Part shown: positions 36,301-46,847 of the stretch, piece by piece
Layout of the letters: each line of letters starts with the position of its first letter
How positions within the stretch are numbered: the first letter of the stretch is position 1
Origin: Hormiphora californensis
Taxonomy: Eukaryota > Animalia > Ctenophora
DNA length: 64,000 nt
Direction of reading: 5' to 3'
Assembly (NCBI GenBank): GCA_020137815.1
Contig: CM035360.1
Span: 1,488,001-1,552,000, forward strand
Notes under the pieces: generated by a model
Told to the model about the DNA's origin: nothing
Databases searched by the model: none
What the model saw: only the letters and a program-made list of their open reading frames with translations
Translations under genes and position numbers: made by a program

Positions 36301-38185
36301 TACGCTAAGGCGTTTGACCGAGTTGATCATAACATCTTGATTAGAAAGCTTAGAAGCTATAAGGTACATGAAGGTCTCGTGACATGGATCCAGTCTTTCC
36401 TGGAAGGAAGAGTGCAGAGAGTCACGGTGGATGGATGTCAGTCGGAGCCTGTACATGTTAAGAGCGGAGTTCCCCAAGGGTCAGTTTTGGGACCGATGCT
36501 CTTTTTAATATATCTGAATGATATCACAACGGTTGTGTCAGGAAGTACACTGCGGTGCTTTGCAGATGACACACGAATCATGAAGAGTATTGGAGGAGAA
36601 ATGGATATGAAAATACTCCAACGGGACCTGGATTCGGTTACCGAGTGGTCACTGAGAAATAACATGAAACTGCATACGGATAAGTTTGAATTCCTACTGC
36701 ATGGCGTTTCACGTGACCATCTCATGCACCATCTCCCTTTTACTGCTGATATCTTGAGCTACAGCACTTCAGCAGGGCTGCTGAAACCTATGTCCTCGGT
36801 TAAGGATTTGGGCGTGCTTGTTCATTCTGATCTAACCTGGTCCGGTCACATCGCTACCATCGCCGAAAACGCTAAGAGGAAAGCAGCCTGGGTGTTTAGT
36901 GTGTTCAGGACCAGGGATAGAGGGGTTATGGTAACCCTCTACAAGAGCATGGTAAGAAGCCTGCTGGAATACTGCTGCCCTCTTTGGAATCCTACCAAGA
37001 TCCAGGATATCCAGGTTTTAGAGGGGGTGCAACGCTCCTTCACCAGACGGATCTCTGAGTGCAAGGGGATGGATTACTGGCAGAGACTGCAATACCTGGG
37101 CCTTAGCTCCCTGCAGCGCAGGAGAGAGAGATACTCCATTCTCCACATGTGGAAGATCATGCACGGCCTAGTCTCCAATGACCTCAAAATAAGGTTCACA
37201 ACTGGAGGCCGACTTGGAGTTCGAGCTGTGGTTCCCAAATTGACCAAACTGTCCACTATGGCCAAACAGACAGCATATGACGGATCCTTTGCTGTTATGG
37301 GACCACGACTATGGAACTGTTTACCTGCAAAACTTAATCAAATTGACGAGTTCCAGGTATTCAAAGTTCAGCTGTCAAGATACCTGACGTCGTTTTCGGA
37401 CTGTCCCCCAGTTACGGGATATGTACGAAGCTCCAGGAACTCTATACTAGACATGAGACTGAACGACGGGGAGTTGCAAGCAAGCGATACCCCGGTCGGA
37501 GTGTAAACGGCGGCGAATCATCAGAAGTAACCAGAAGTAAGTAAGACAGCCTCTAGACAGTAGCTATTAACAGGATCTAAACAAGATTCAAACCTGTCAG
37601 GCCAATACTGACCACAGTTGTCGTGCAAAATGAGAATATGGTCAGCTGCCAATGCTCTGACAGATTCAAACAGCTTTAACAGGATTCAGCTAAATAAAGA
37701 AACTTCTTTTCCCACAGCTTTGAGTTCGAGAAGCGACACATTGAAGAGCTCCATCTGGATGAGACCTTTATTGACCTCGTCGTGGACATCATCAAGGCTG
37801 TTGACTTTAAAGAGGTAAATGTAGCTTAGTTACCATGGTTACCATGGTTACCATGGTTACCATAGCTACCATTTGTCGGATACTTCGTGACCTTCTCCAT
37901 GGCAAAGAATCCCCCGATAACCGCCATATCCCCACTAACCACTTGTAGCTTAGACCGGTTAACCTCACTCTTCCTGCACTGACCCAATTGTCCCTACTAC
38001 TGCAGCACTCTCCCACCCTCACTAACACTATCATCCCTATACAGGTGATGAGGCTGGCCAAACTCCTGATCTGCGGAGGAGAGGACATGATTGAGGTGGA
38101 CAGTGGAAAACTCCAGTTCAGCTTCGAGACCCACGAGCAAATGGTGAAACTGGCCCGACGACTGCTTTGCGGTGCCGAGCTCTAA
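33320..38185 (+). CDS. Small secreted two-Cys protein D (94 aa); exons 33320-33366, 37718-37814, 38045-38185; LINE in intron 1
   Basis: MKVLIVLALALTAAYSFEFEKRHIEELHLDETFIDLVVDIIKAVDFKE|VMRLAKLLICGGEDMIEVDSGKLQFSFETHEQMVKLARRLLCGAEL*; intron phases 2 and 0. Confidence 0.85.
33398..34522 (+). CDS. LINE ORF1 (PHD-like finger plus CCCH-type zinc fingers); no native start
   Basis: CFLCHQPSHDC...WICDPC; CMLLKEGRCPHG...CDFFHPKLC...CAKGPECRKLH; frame open from the insertion junction. Confidence 0.8.
   Translation, partial: ELKTKPRIALRVAQELKALTVPVKCAECNDIYQHKRNGLVPLRCFLCHQPSHDCEPLVSVITSRNEASSLVGEVWICDPCCVPKDEEKGTPLTTKVSSRLNTPGRSRNNSLSIVEPGSERKTKMNDEASEKVNAGDPTVLEALANLAKQQKEAEKFPNECETTCMLLKEGRCPHGITGKKSADGKDRCDFFHPKLCVPWGKKGEKGCAKGPECRKLHKAICSRAIESKECFEKKCYLVHPKGTNRRKPRDQVGQKRDRRKSERGLSQEGGRTEKPSFATGQNKSNDKKPGSSLGRNGKPGGKPNAKFTPAKSQGDFLAIKSLLEKLQKGMSDIKGDQTQMQKTLKTLRADQGKSCSMGRSRVGSGHGCCSQACY
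34342..37506 (+). CDS. LINE ORF2: AP endonuclease plus reverse transcriptase
   Basis: VTETWL, GGGV, YRSP, GDFN, LDLVF, SDH (APE); PGPDG, YRPVSL, QHGFR, YLDYAKAFDRV, GVPQGSVLGP, FADD, KDLGV (RT). Frame open from 34342. Confidence 0.95.
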   Translation, partial: FFSYQIPFGKASEGNVGHKRGSDTNAENPENSESRSRKELLNGEVSGRIRPRVLQSGVLLNAQSCNPSARSKCAWKLQCLREDVESIPGEVPFIAVTETWLKPYVENLQILNGWEKYRVYRCDRRYRTGGGVMLLTSFDLPIDEHVALDKDSCQLLMCSSSPSKWVFGVLYRSPSAPVSDFRACLEVARNFIEQRPDHVVCLMGDFNVPEIAWNPPEANPRTANSDALLSFTEDTLLSQYIDVPSRGSSYLDLVFSNSETLVNRVRSKETRLSDHNLLEFGVTRNPCSAARETVPPQFAADEFRSLDMYKADTEAICEAVKKVDWEAVFGKCTTEELPRVFRDILFQIAQIHAPRKKPRRGRPKLVRKLSRKKRAAKGRLALLLEKKDTPISQIEALQKRIDVLYGEIRDAILDENIKQEKLAVEKIKTNAKYFYSYAKRFAGDSNSISALTGESGELITDKKEIVEALSRQFKAVFSDPEEADLNTGHDITVCESITPGDNDADFTVKDILDAIKEMKPDAAPGPDGIPAILLKSCAEAVAHPLYLMWTRSLGEGIVPSSSKVSLVTPLYKKGSRSSAANYRPVSLTDHTIKVFERVVRKKLVNHFEKNELFNDIQHGFRRGRSCLTQLLDHFDNIHSNALDGMETDSVYLDYAKAFDRVDHNILIRKLRSYKVHEGLVTWIQSFLEGRVQRVTVDGCQSEPVHVKSGVPQGSVLGPMLFLIYLNDITTVVSGSTLRCFADDTRIMKSIGGEMDMKILQRDLDSVTEWSLRNNMKLHTDKFEFLLHGVSRDHLMHHLPFTADILSYSTSAGLLKPMSSVKDLGVLVHSDLTWSGHIATIAENAKRKAAWVFSVFRTRDRGVMVTLYKSMVRSLLEYCCPLWNPTKIQDIQVLEGVQRSFTRRISECKGMDYWQRLQYLGLSSLQRRRERYSILHMWKIMHGLVSNDLKIRFTTGGRLGVRAVVPKLTKLSTMAKQTAYDGSFAVMGPRLWNCLPAKLNQIDEFQVFKVQLSRYLTSFSDCPPVTGYVRSSRNSILDMRLNDGELQASDTPVGV

Positions 38186-39410
38186 GAAGCTGAATATATT
38201 TGAATGAGAATATATTTGTGGTCGAAATGAATAATGAATATTGATCATTCTTAGAACAAGAATATTCCGAGTTTGATTTTTCCCCTAATTATATCCGTGG
38301 CCACCGCATTGGGTATTCGTCATCACTATGACATATCACTTCATATTATTAACACCCTGCCACCCTGGGAATATTTTGCCGTGGATACTGGATATATATA
38401 CACTGAAATTAAAACTCTTAATTAAACCTCATTAACACCATCGCCACCACATTGTACTAGGACATATTGTACCACGTTTAATGGACCAATTCCTATTATA
38501 TCTGTCCGAAATGTCAGAGTCCGAATTTCCCCAGAATTCCGTTGTTCGTTTCTCAGATGCCAATCCTAACCATTATGTTAATATGCAGTCATAATTAACG
38601 CGATGAATCATGGTTGCTTATTTTGAGATCAACTATATGGCGGTGCCATACCCCATTTGATTCTCAAATTGAGCGTGCGACAGTGCGCTCAGATGGGTCG
38701 CGGCGCCAGACAGGGGATCAATGCATATCAATATGTGTGAATATGTGAATATGATTAGCATCTCAGACTGAAACACAAGTGAGATAATTAGAACAATTGT
38801 TAGAACAATTTTCTACTTATGCTTTAACAGGCAAGATGGATTTGTGAAATTGATATTACAGTACAGCAACACAGGTCAATATGTGACATGTAGCCATATC
38901 TTCTGCTAACTAGATCTGAACAGAAGTGACACCGTTGTGCATTTTGTAAAGTTCATATGATTGATTCAAAAAAGGAGAAAGATGTTTCATGCTATTCCTG
39001 GAATCCTAGCATTTATTCCTGGTGTTTTCGAAGTGCCTTTTTGCTCTAGGCCACGCTTTCATTCACACTTACCAATTTATCCTGCCTTCACACAACTGCT
39101 TCCTGATACTAGTATACTGTAGCAGGCTGCATCACATATCATTTGCATTTGTTTGTGACTGCGTAAATAGCTCGTCCCTGTCAAATTTCAGACCGAAACT
39201 CTACTGTGTTATTACACCAACAACGCCCCCCCCCCCCCGTCTTAACAATACTTATTACTTGTCCTGTATTTGGTGTACGTGACATTCTCTACTACCACTT
39301 CTATAGTAACAAATCTTGTGTAATTAGTTTGTTCGTTTTCCTGAAGCTGCTAATCACAAACAGCTAGACTCATGAATAGTTAATGTGCTATTTTGGTGCA
39401 CGCCACACCC

Positions 39411-42400
39411 ATGAGCACTTCACCAACTGAGATGGGCAAGGCTAAAACTAACCAAGCAGGTAATCATTTTACGTAGTAATTGGTTTTATGAAGGAGCATC
39501 AATTGTTATATTTATAAAGGAGCATTGTAATTTCTACCTTGTAAACATGATTACTCACCGAGATGGCGCCATACCTATCCTGACAATATCATGTCGCCAA
39601 TCAGTTTTTAATTGTGTTCGAGTTTCAACTCTAGTTTACTATGTTGGGACCCACGCCCGACTTTTGGCCCTTTCTTGGGGTCATGTGTCTGACCGGTACT
39701 TGCATCTGTCTTGTCCTTGTAATCGTTTATGTTGTTCTAATTCGTTACGATATCTATGAAGGTAGGTCATAGTTGAGCCTCCGCAACCCTGTCAGAGCAT
39801 TGGCCTGACCCTATTCTCATTTCTTTCGCGAGAACCGTTTCTTAGAGATTAGGAGGGTTAAGGTGGGAAAGTTTCTTAGAAATTAGGTGGGTCAAGGTGG
39901 GAAAGTTTCTTAGAGATCAGGAGGGTCAAGGTGGGAAAGTTTCTTAGAGATCAGGAGGGTCAAGGTGGGAAAGTTTCTTAGAGATCAGGAGGGTCAAGGT
40001 GGGAAAGTTTCTTAAAAATCAGGAGGGTCAAGGTGGGAAAGTTTCTTGGAGATCAGGAGGGTCAAGGTGGAAAAGTTTCTTAGAGATCAGGAGGGTCAAG
40101 GTTTGGTGACGCGGTCACCCCTCCACTAGGGCCGCGCGAAGATAATAGCATAATAGGGGATGTCATCACCAAGGTCAATGTGGGAAAGTTTCTTAGAGAT
40201 TATGTGGATTAAGGTGGGAAAGTTTCTTAGAGATCAGGAGGGTCAAGGTGGGAAAGTTTCTTAGAGATCAGGAGGGTCAAGGTGGGAAAGTTTCTTAGAG
40301 ATCAGGAGGGTCAAGGTGGGAAAGTTTCTTAGAGATCAGGAGGGTCGAGGTGGGAAAGTTTCTTAGAGATCAGGAGGGTCAAGGTGGGAAAGTTTCTTAG
40401 AGATCAGGAGGGTCAAGGTGGGAAAGTTTCTTAGAGATCAGGAGGGTCAAGGTGGGAAAGTTTCTTAGAGATCAGGAGGGTCGAGGTGGGAAAGTTTCTT
40501 AGAGATCAGGAGGGTCAAGGTGGGAAAGTTTCTTAGAGATCAGGAGGGTCAAGGTGGGAAAGTTTCTTAGAGATCAGGAGGGTCGAGGTGGGAAAGTTTC
40601 TTAGAGATAAGGAGGGTCAAGGTGGGAAAGTTTCTTAGAGATCAGGAGGGTCAAGGTGGGAAAGTTTCTTAGAGATCAGGAGGGTCAAGGTGGGAAAATT
40701 TCTTAGAGATCAGGAGGGTCAAGGTGGAAAAGTTTCTTAGAGATCAGGAGGGTCAAGGTGGGAAAGTTTCTTAGAGATCAGGAGGGTCAAGGTGGGAAAG
40801 TTTCTTAGAGATCAGGAGGGTCAAGGTGGGAAAGTTTCTTAGAGATCAGGAGGGTCAAGGTGGGAAAGTTTCTTAGAGATCAGGAGGGTCAAGGTGGGAA
40901 AGTTTCTTAGAGATCAGGAGGGTCAAGGTGGGAAAGTTTCTTAGAGATCAGGAGGGTCAAGGTGGGAAAGTTTCTTAGAGATCAGGAGGGTCAAGGTGGG
41001 AAAGTTTCTTAGAGATCAGGAGGGTCGAGGTGGGAAAGTTTCTTAGAGATCAGGAGGGTCAAGGTGGGAAAGTTTCTTAGAGATCAGGAGGGTCAAGGTG
41101 GGAAAGTTTCTTAGAGATCAGGAGGGTCAAGGTGGGAAAGTTTCTTAGAGATCAGGAGGGTCAAGGTGGGAAAGTTTCTTAGAGATCAGGAGGGTCAAGG
41201 TGGGAAAGTTTCTTAGAGATCAGGAGGGTCAAGGTGGGAAAGTTTCTTAGAGAGCAGGAGGGTCGAGGTGGGAAAGTTTCTTAGAGATCAGGAGGGTCGA
41301 GGTGGGAAAGTTTCTTAGAGATCAGGAGGGTCAAGGTGGGAAAGTTTCTTAGAGATCAGGAGGGTCAAGGTGGGAAAGTTTCTTAGAGATCAGGAGGGTC
41401 AAGGTGGGAAAGTTTCTTATAGATCAGGAGGGTCAAGGTGGGAAAGTTTCTTAGAGATCAGGAGGGTCAAGGTGGGAAAGTTTCTTAGAGATCAGGAGGG
41501 TCAAGGTGGGAAAGTTTCTTAGAGATCAGGAGGGTCAAGGTGGGAAAGTTTCTTAGAGATTAGTGGCCCCCTCGTGATACAACTTTTCTGAGGTTTTAGA
41601 TCTATGCATGATCGACTTAAAATTTACATCATGTCATGTTTTCGTTAATTTCCTGTGTCACTATGTCACGGCAGCTGCACTGGTAAGGAAGGCTACTTGG
41701 GGTCTTGTAAGTGCCTCAATCGAAATCTCGTCTTGACGTCTTGCATGCTTTAGAGCTTGCTTTAGAGCAGTCCTGTCACCACTCAGATGTGGGATAAGGG
41801 TCGGATAATAACAGTTGTGATCTAGGAATGTTATAGCTGATCTGATAACTTCCCTGCAGGGATTGTGGAGAGTTTCTCCGAATTTGCACAGGACACAACA
41901 GCTCATGGGGTCAAGTTCTTTTTCCAGGTAGGAGGGCACGTGTACCTTCATAATTATCTTTTCGTTCCTACTAGGAATCCTAGATAGGTACCAGGAACCG
42001 ACCGAAACAAGTAAACAACCAATCAGAGCTCGTTATTTAGGTCACGTGACTGGTTATCAGCCAATCAGGGACCAGTATTTCCTGATTCGGTCGGTTCCTG
42101 ATAGGTACCAAAGTTTTTCTCTGGTCCTATTTTGGTCCATCCCCTAATAATCTTTTTATTTGAAAAAGGGGTCGAGAGTTAGTGCTTTTCCCTCTCTCAG
42201 GGAACTCGCATATCTCGGGTATGTTTCTTCATTGTGTGGCTAGCAGCGGTTGTTTATACGTTCTGGACGTGCTACAGAGGCATCATGGACTACCAGCGCA
42301 GACCTACGGGAACAAAACTTGAATTTGAGGTACAGAGCTCCACGGAATCATTATGCTTGACTTTGATGGTCTGCTATAGTACTTATGTCTGTAAAGGAAT

Positions 42401-45400
42401 TGAGAGTTTGAATTTCAAGGGTACGACTCGAGCTGTCTGGCGGCGTTTTTATTCGAAACTGTGAGTGTGACAGTGCGCTCGAGATCGGGCGGCGCCGCGA
42501 GACAGGAATCGAGCAATCTAAAATTATGGTTAGGGTAAATATAAAATTCCTGTTACTAACCGGTCTCATTAGACCCGCTCTGAGCAGATCGATTCAACTG
42601 GGAGTCTGAACGTTACCTTTCCTACAATTACCCTGTGTAATGTTAACCGAGTAAGGAAAGATTATCTTGATGAGAACCCTAAAATACGGTACGTGTGTTT
42701 GTGCGTACGTGTAATTGGTGTGTTTGTTGGTGTGACGTAATTGTTTTGTTGCAGTTTTTACAGCTCGAAAAATGATTAGTCACTAGCCCAAAATCCCTAA
42801 CTTTCGACTCTGGCTCATCCAACTTTCTCCCATCCCCTAGAGACATGATGGAGATTTTCACAGATCTTGAGACCCCAGAACGGCCTGGAGCCCCCGAAGA
42901 CAGGATGTCACATTTCAAACACCAAATTCAGGAATACAAAGGTAGTTTTAGCGTGTAGATCTACGTACGTAGAGTTGTGCTCTGCAAGTTCCAACCCTGC
43001 TGCAGTACACAACTCTGTTATATTCCAGCTACTCTCCTGCCTGGTGGCGTCGAACCGATCAGGATCTGAGCTTGGTACCATTGCTACCTCCCTGCTCCAC
43101 AGAGCTCAATGTCGGTCGATGCGCGACCTCGATCTCGCTCGCTCTAGGTGTCAATGTCACCAAGATCTGAGCGGTGCCTGACAGCCTCTCTCTCTGAGTC
43201 TCTGAACGAAACTCTTTCCAGATGATCCCGTGATAAACACCACGTTAGAGCAGATTTACACCGCAGGAGGGCCGCTAAATGAGGATTTCCTGACGTGTAA
43301 AATAGGTTTCAGGGATTGCTCAGAGATATTAGGAGCGGATACTTTTCGAAGGGTGGGTCACATAATACTCATACTGAGTATCGCTCCAATGATATCTGTC
43401 TGAGGGAGCCGATCCGATCACTATTTGGAAGTTATTTGAGAAGATTTTCGTGGAAGAAGTCCAAGTCCTCACTTGGGCTTTACTTAAGTTTTCGTTCTCC
43501 ACGTCATGTCATTTTCAGATAGTAATGCACCAGGGGAACTGTTTCAAGCTAAATCCACAGGGATTGTTGAAGGCAAAAGTTGCAGGAAACCTGGGCGGTA
43601 TTTCACTGTTTCTCAACTCACAGCATAAACAGTATGCACTGGTAGGTAATGCATGTTGCCCATTTCGGGGTAACGCGTTACACAATCCGGGTTAACGCGT
43701 TACAGTGTTACACTATTCGGGATAAAGCGTTACATATTTTCTCTCAGCCTAGGTTGATGGACCCCAGCGAGGGATTCAGGATAAGCTTCCATGATCCGGT
43801 GGAGCAGAGTAACATTGGAAACACGGCAATTGTGGCCTCTCCAGGCATGCAATATTTCATACAACTTGCACAGCAGGAGGTGAGTTGGACTTGATCATCA
43901 ACCTAGCTTCTCTTTCGAGCAGTTTAAGAAGTGAGATGACAACTGGAACTCCGTGGAAACCAACATTTTGTTTAATATGCACCTTGGCCTCATGCCGCCC
44001 CTAACTTGATACCTAACTCCACCATTTACCATTTTGCCCCTAATAGTGATCTCTTGCCTTGTAGACTCGCCTTCTAAAGGCTCCCTATGGCAATGGTGAC
44101 TGTGAAGAGAACCCTATCTACCGATATTCAAACTGTATTAACGATTGCATCAACCTCTTTATAAAGGATACGTGTGACTGTATTCCCTTCTCAACTGGTG
44201 GTGGAGGTGAGTAGAATTTGTCAGGCATCACACTGGCAGAGTAGCATTATCTCGCATGGACGCATGGTAGGAGTTCGCACGGATAAATTCCTGTTTTCAC
44301 CTGGTGAATTTGTCATGGTGTGTGAAATTGAAAGCAGGTGACCATGTGAAACTGAACACAGGTCAAAGGTTTTTAGAGGACTGGCCTGGTACATTCCACA
44401 ATCCAACCAACCCTTGATACAATACTAGGATTACCCCCCGTCCCCCCCCCCTCTCTCTGCAGGAACTTTAGCACCACTCTGTACTCTACGTGATATGTTT
44501 GGATGTGTTCTAAACGCCTACCGGTCCATAGTCCGGGACCCTGTCCTCCGTAATTCACATTGTCACTGTGATAAGGCGTGTAGGTTTGAGAAGTACTCGC
44601 ACAGCGTCTCAACTGCTCTTCTTTCGGACAGTTTCGTAGAGGTAAACACGATCACTTTGCATACTGACAATTACCCTGTTTGTTTTCAATTTCAATTTGA
44701 ACTAGGAAAGCTGGTCTCAGATTGTGTTCATTATGTGGATCTAAATTAATTGATTCTTCCTAGAAACTACTAGAGTTGTACAACGAAAAGAAGAAGCTAG
44801 CTGCAGATGAGGAGCCAAAGACTAAAGGGAAGTTAGGAATAGGTTCACGGCTAAAAGGGAAAAGAGAAAAGGGTAAGAGCTGTCATCTGTCTCCATGAGG
44901 ACAATTGTGGTCAGATTTCCACAGATCTGCTAACCCCTATTTCATTTGCATTAGCTCCATGTTGTTTTTATAACAATGGCCATGTTTTGTTTACAGGTGG
45001 AAAGTTTAGCGCTGCACTCCGGAACAGAATAACCAAGTGGACAAGTGATGCCATCAAAGATAATGTGGTGGTGTTGAAAATATCATTTCCTAGTTTGGAA
45101 AAACATACAGTAAACCAGGTCGTGTCATACGGATTCGGAAACCTTTTAGGTGAGTCGGGTCGGGCCCGATCGTGGTGCCTTATTAGATTTTGACTACTAA
45201 AGCAAGTTCATCACAGTACATGTTCAATCAAACTAAAATTAGGCCAAGTAGAGGCCTTATAGTGCACGTAACCCCATAATTACTCAATAAAGTGGGCTAG
45301 AGGACCGACTTTTCCCATTCCCCAGGAGATATTGGTGGAGTTTTGGGATTATTTCTCGGTGGAAGTGTTTTTACCGTACTGGAGTTCCTGGTATATTTTG

Positions 45401-45647
45401 TACACACTGTTCAGGAAAACGTGGCCCACCTCTCAGCTCAACGGACACTCCAGGTTTTATTCATTTTCACTGTCTTGACCAAGAAAAAATTGGCCTATGT
45501 CTAAATTAGTTTTAATGTTTTATCTTTATCTACTCCTAGAATAAAGAGAATGAGGAAGAGAAAGAAGATCAACAGGATTCTAACAAAGTGATCAACAAGG
45601 AAGATCAACCACCCAATGGAATTAAAGATCTTGCTCCTGGTAACTGA
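39411..45647 (+). CDS. DEG/ENaC (ASIC-like) amiloride-sensitive channel subunit, ~13 coding exons; first exon 39411-39459 tentative, well supported from 41860
   Basis: FAQDTTAHGV (41860-41927), TM1 exon 42201-42329, FPTITLCNVN (42573-42688), GNCFKLN, GFRISFHD, APYG..C, Cys-rich thumb C..C.C...C...C.C..C, NLLGDIGGVLGLFLGGSVFTVLEFL (TM2), acidic tail ending 45647. Confidence 0.92.
39837..41560. repeat. 34-bp minisatellite (~48 copies) interrupted by a unique island at 40102-40175
   Basis: Unit aggtgggaaagtttcttagagatcaggagggtca. Confidence 0.95.
41992..42100 (-). mobile_element. 109-bp hAT-like MITE in a channel-gene intron
   Basis: Same TIRs; 8-bp TSD ataggtac. Confidence 0.9.
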
Positions 45648-46396
45648 CGAGAGAAGATATCTTTATGAAGGAGTAAACGATATCTTTATGAAGGAGAGTT
45701 TTTCGCCAGGGATTATTTGTCGAAACAAAGACAAGACTCAAAAAATTGTACAAATGGTCTTTGTTACTTTGTCTAGATTGAATTGTTTATACACCTGACT
45801 ATATTAGAAGGTTTCGGTAAGACTTGTGATTTTTACTCTGCGGTAAGCTCATCGACTTACACTTACAGCACTCTCAGCCCACAGTAGTTTCAAAGGAATC
45901 CTTTTCAGTTCTTCCAAGTCCCCTGGTTTATCTTCCTGAACTATTCCTGAAGAAAAGCCAGAGGATTTGGAAGAAGGATCCTGTCGATTGTTCCTAGAAC
46001 AGGCGCCGACCCGATCTGAGAGCATTGTCAAAACGGGGTCTGTCGACGCCAGACAGCTAAATATCGTTCCGACACAACCCCCATTAGATTTGCATTTGTT
46101 GAGTTAAAGTAGTAAGCAACGGGGGTAAGCACTAAGCAACCCTTGAGTCGCCTGGCACTGTGTATATGTTTGAACAATTCAAAGCAACCCACACTCTGAA
46201 TAATTGTGTCGGTTGAGAGGGGTACCGAGTTGGTGACATATAGACACCTGGCTAGTGGCGCGACCCCCCGCACACAATCTTGGTCGCGCAGGGTGTCTAT
46301 ATGTCACCAAGGTACCGAGGAGGACTGATACTGATTGTCATCATCCTTCCAATTACACATGACTATATTTGGTGTTGGAGAACAGAGATGTTCCTG

Positions 46397-46500
<104 letters not shown>

Positions 46501-46847
46501 AGAATCACCAAAACATGTGTAATTGGATAAACCACGAACAAACTAAAACTCGAAACAATTTACCATGTTGTAAAAGGGTGAATTTATACATTCATAAAAC
46601 ATACCGTGTATAATATTGAGTTGGGTAATATAAAAACACATTGCCAGAGACATGTCACACGTGATTGAAATGTCACGTGACAAGAAATGCATGTCACGTG
46701 ACCAACACGTGACCTTCAATGGGGAAACTGTAGCAGTGATCCCCAATTTGGGCTAACACAAGCTTCTCTAAAACACTACTTTATATATATGATTCTTATA
46801 ACACTGACGCACACTCCGACGACCATCAAAAGATTTGTCAGCTAATA

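Larger units (their letters stand above)
33398..37544 (+). mobile_element. CR1-group LINE, 5'-truncated within ORF1, ORF2 intact
   Basis: ORF1 then APE-RT ORF2; very short 3' UTR ending cagaagtaaccagaagtaagtaa; 'taaga' at both junctions. Confidence 0.9.

Noticed and set aside
30986-41560. 34-bp arrays as CRISPR arrays
   Set aside because: Head-to-tail units with no unique spacers, no cas genes, and an intronic eukaryotic context.
41992-42100. 109-bp MITE as an intron-generating (introner) element
   Set aside because: Copies lie inside existing introns or intergenic DNA and do not supply the splice sites.
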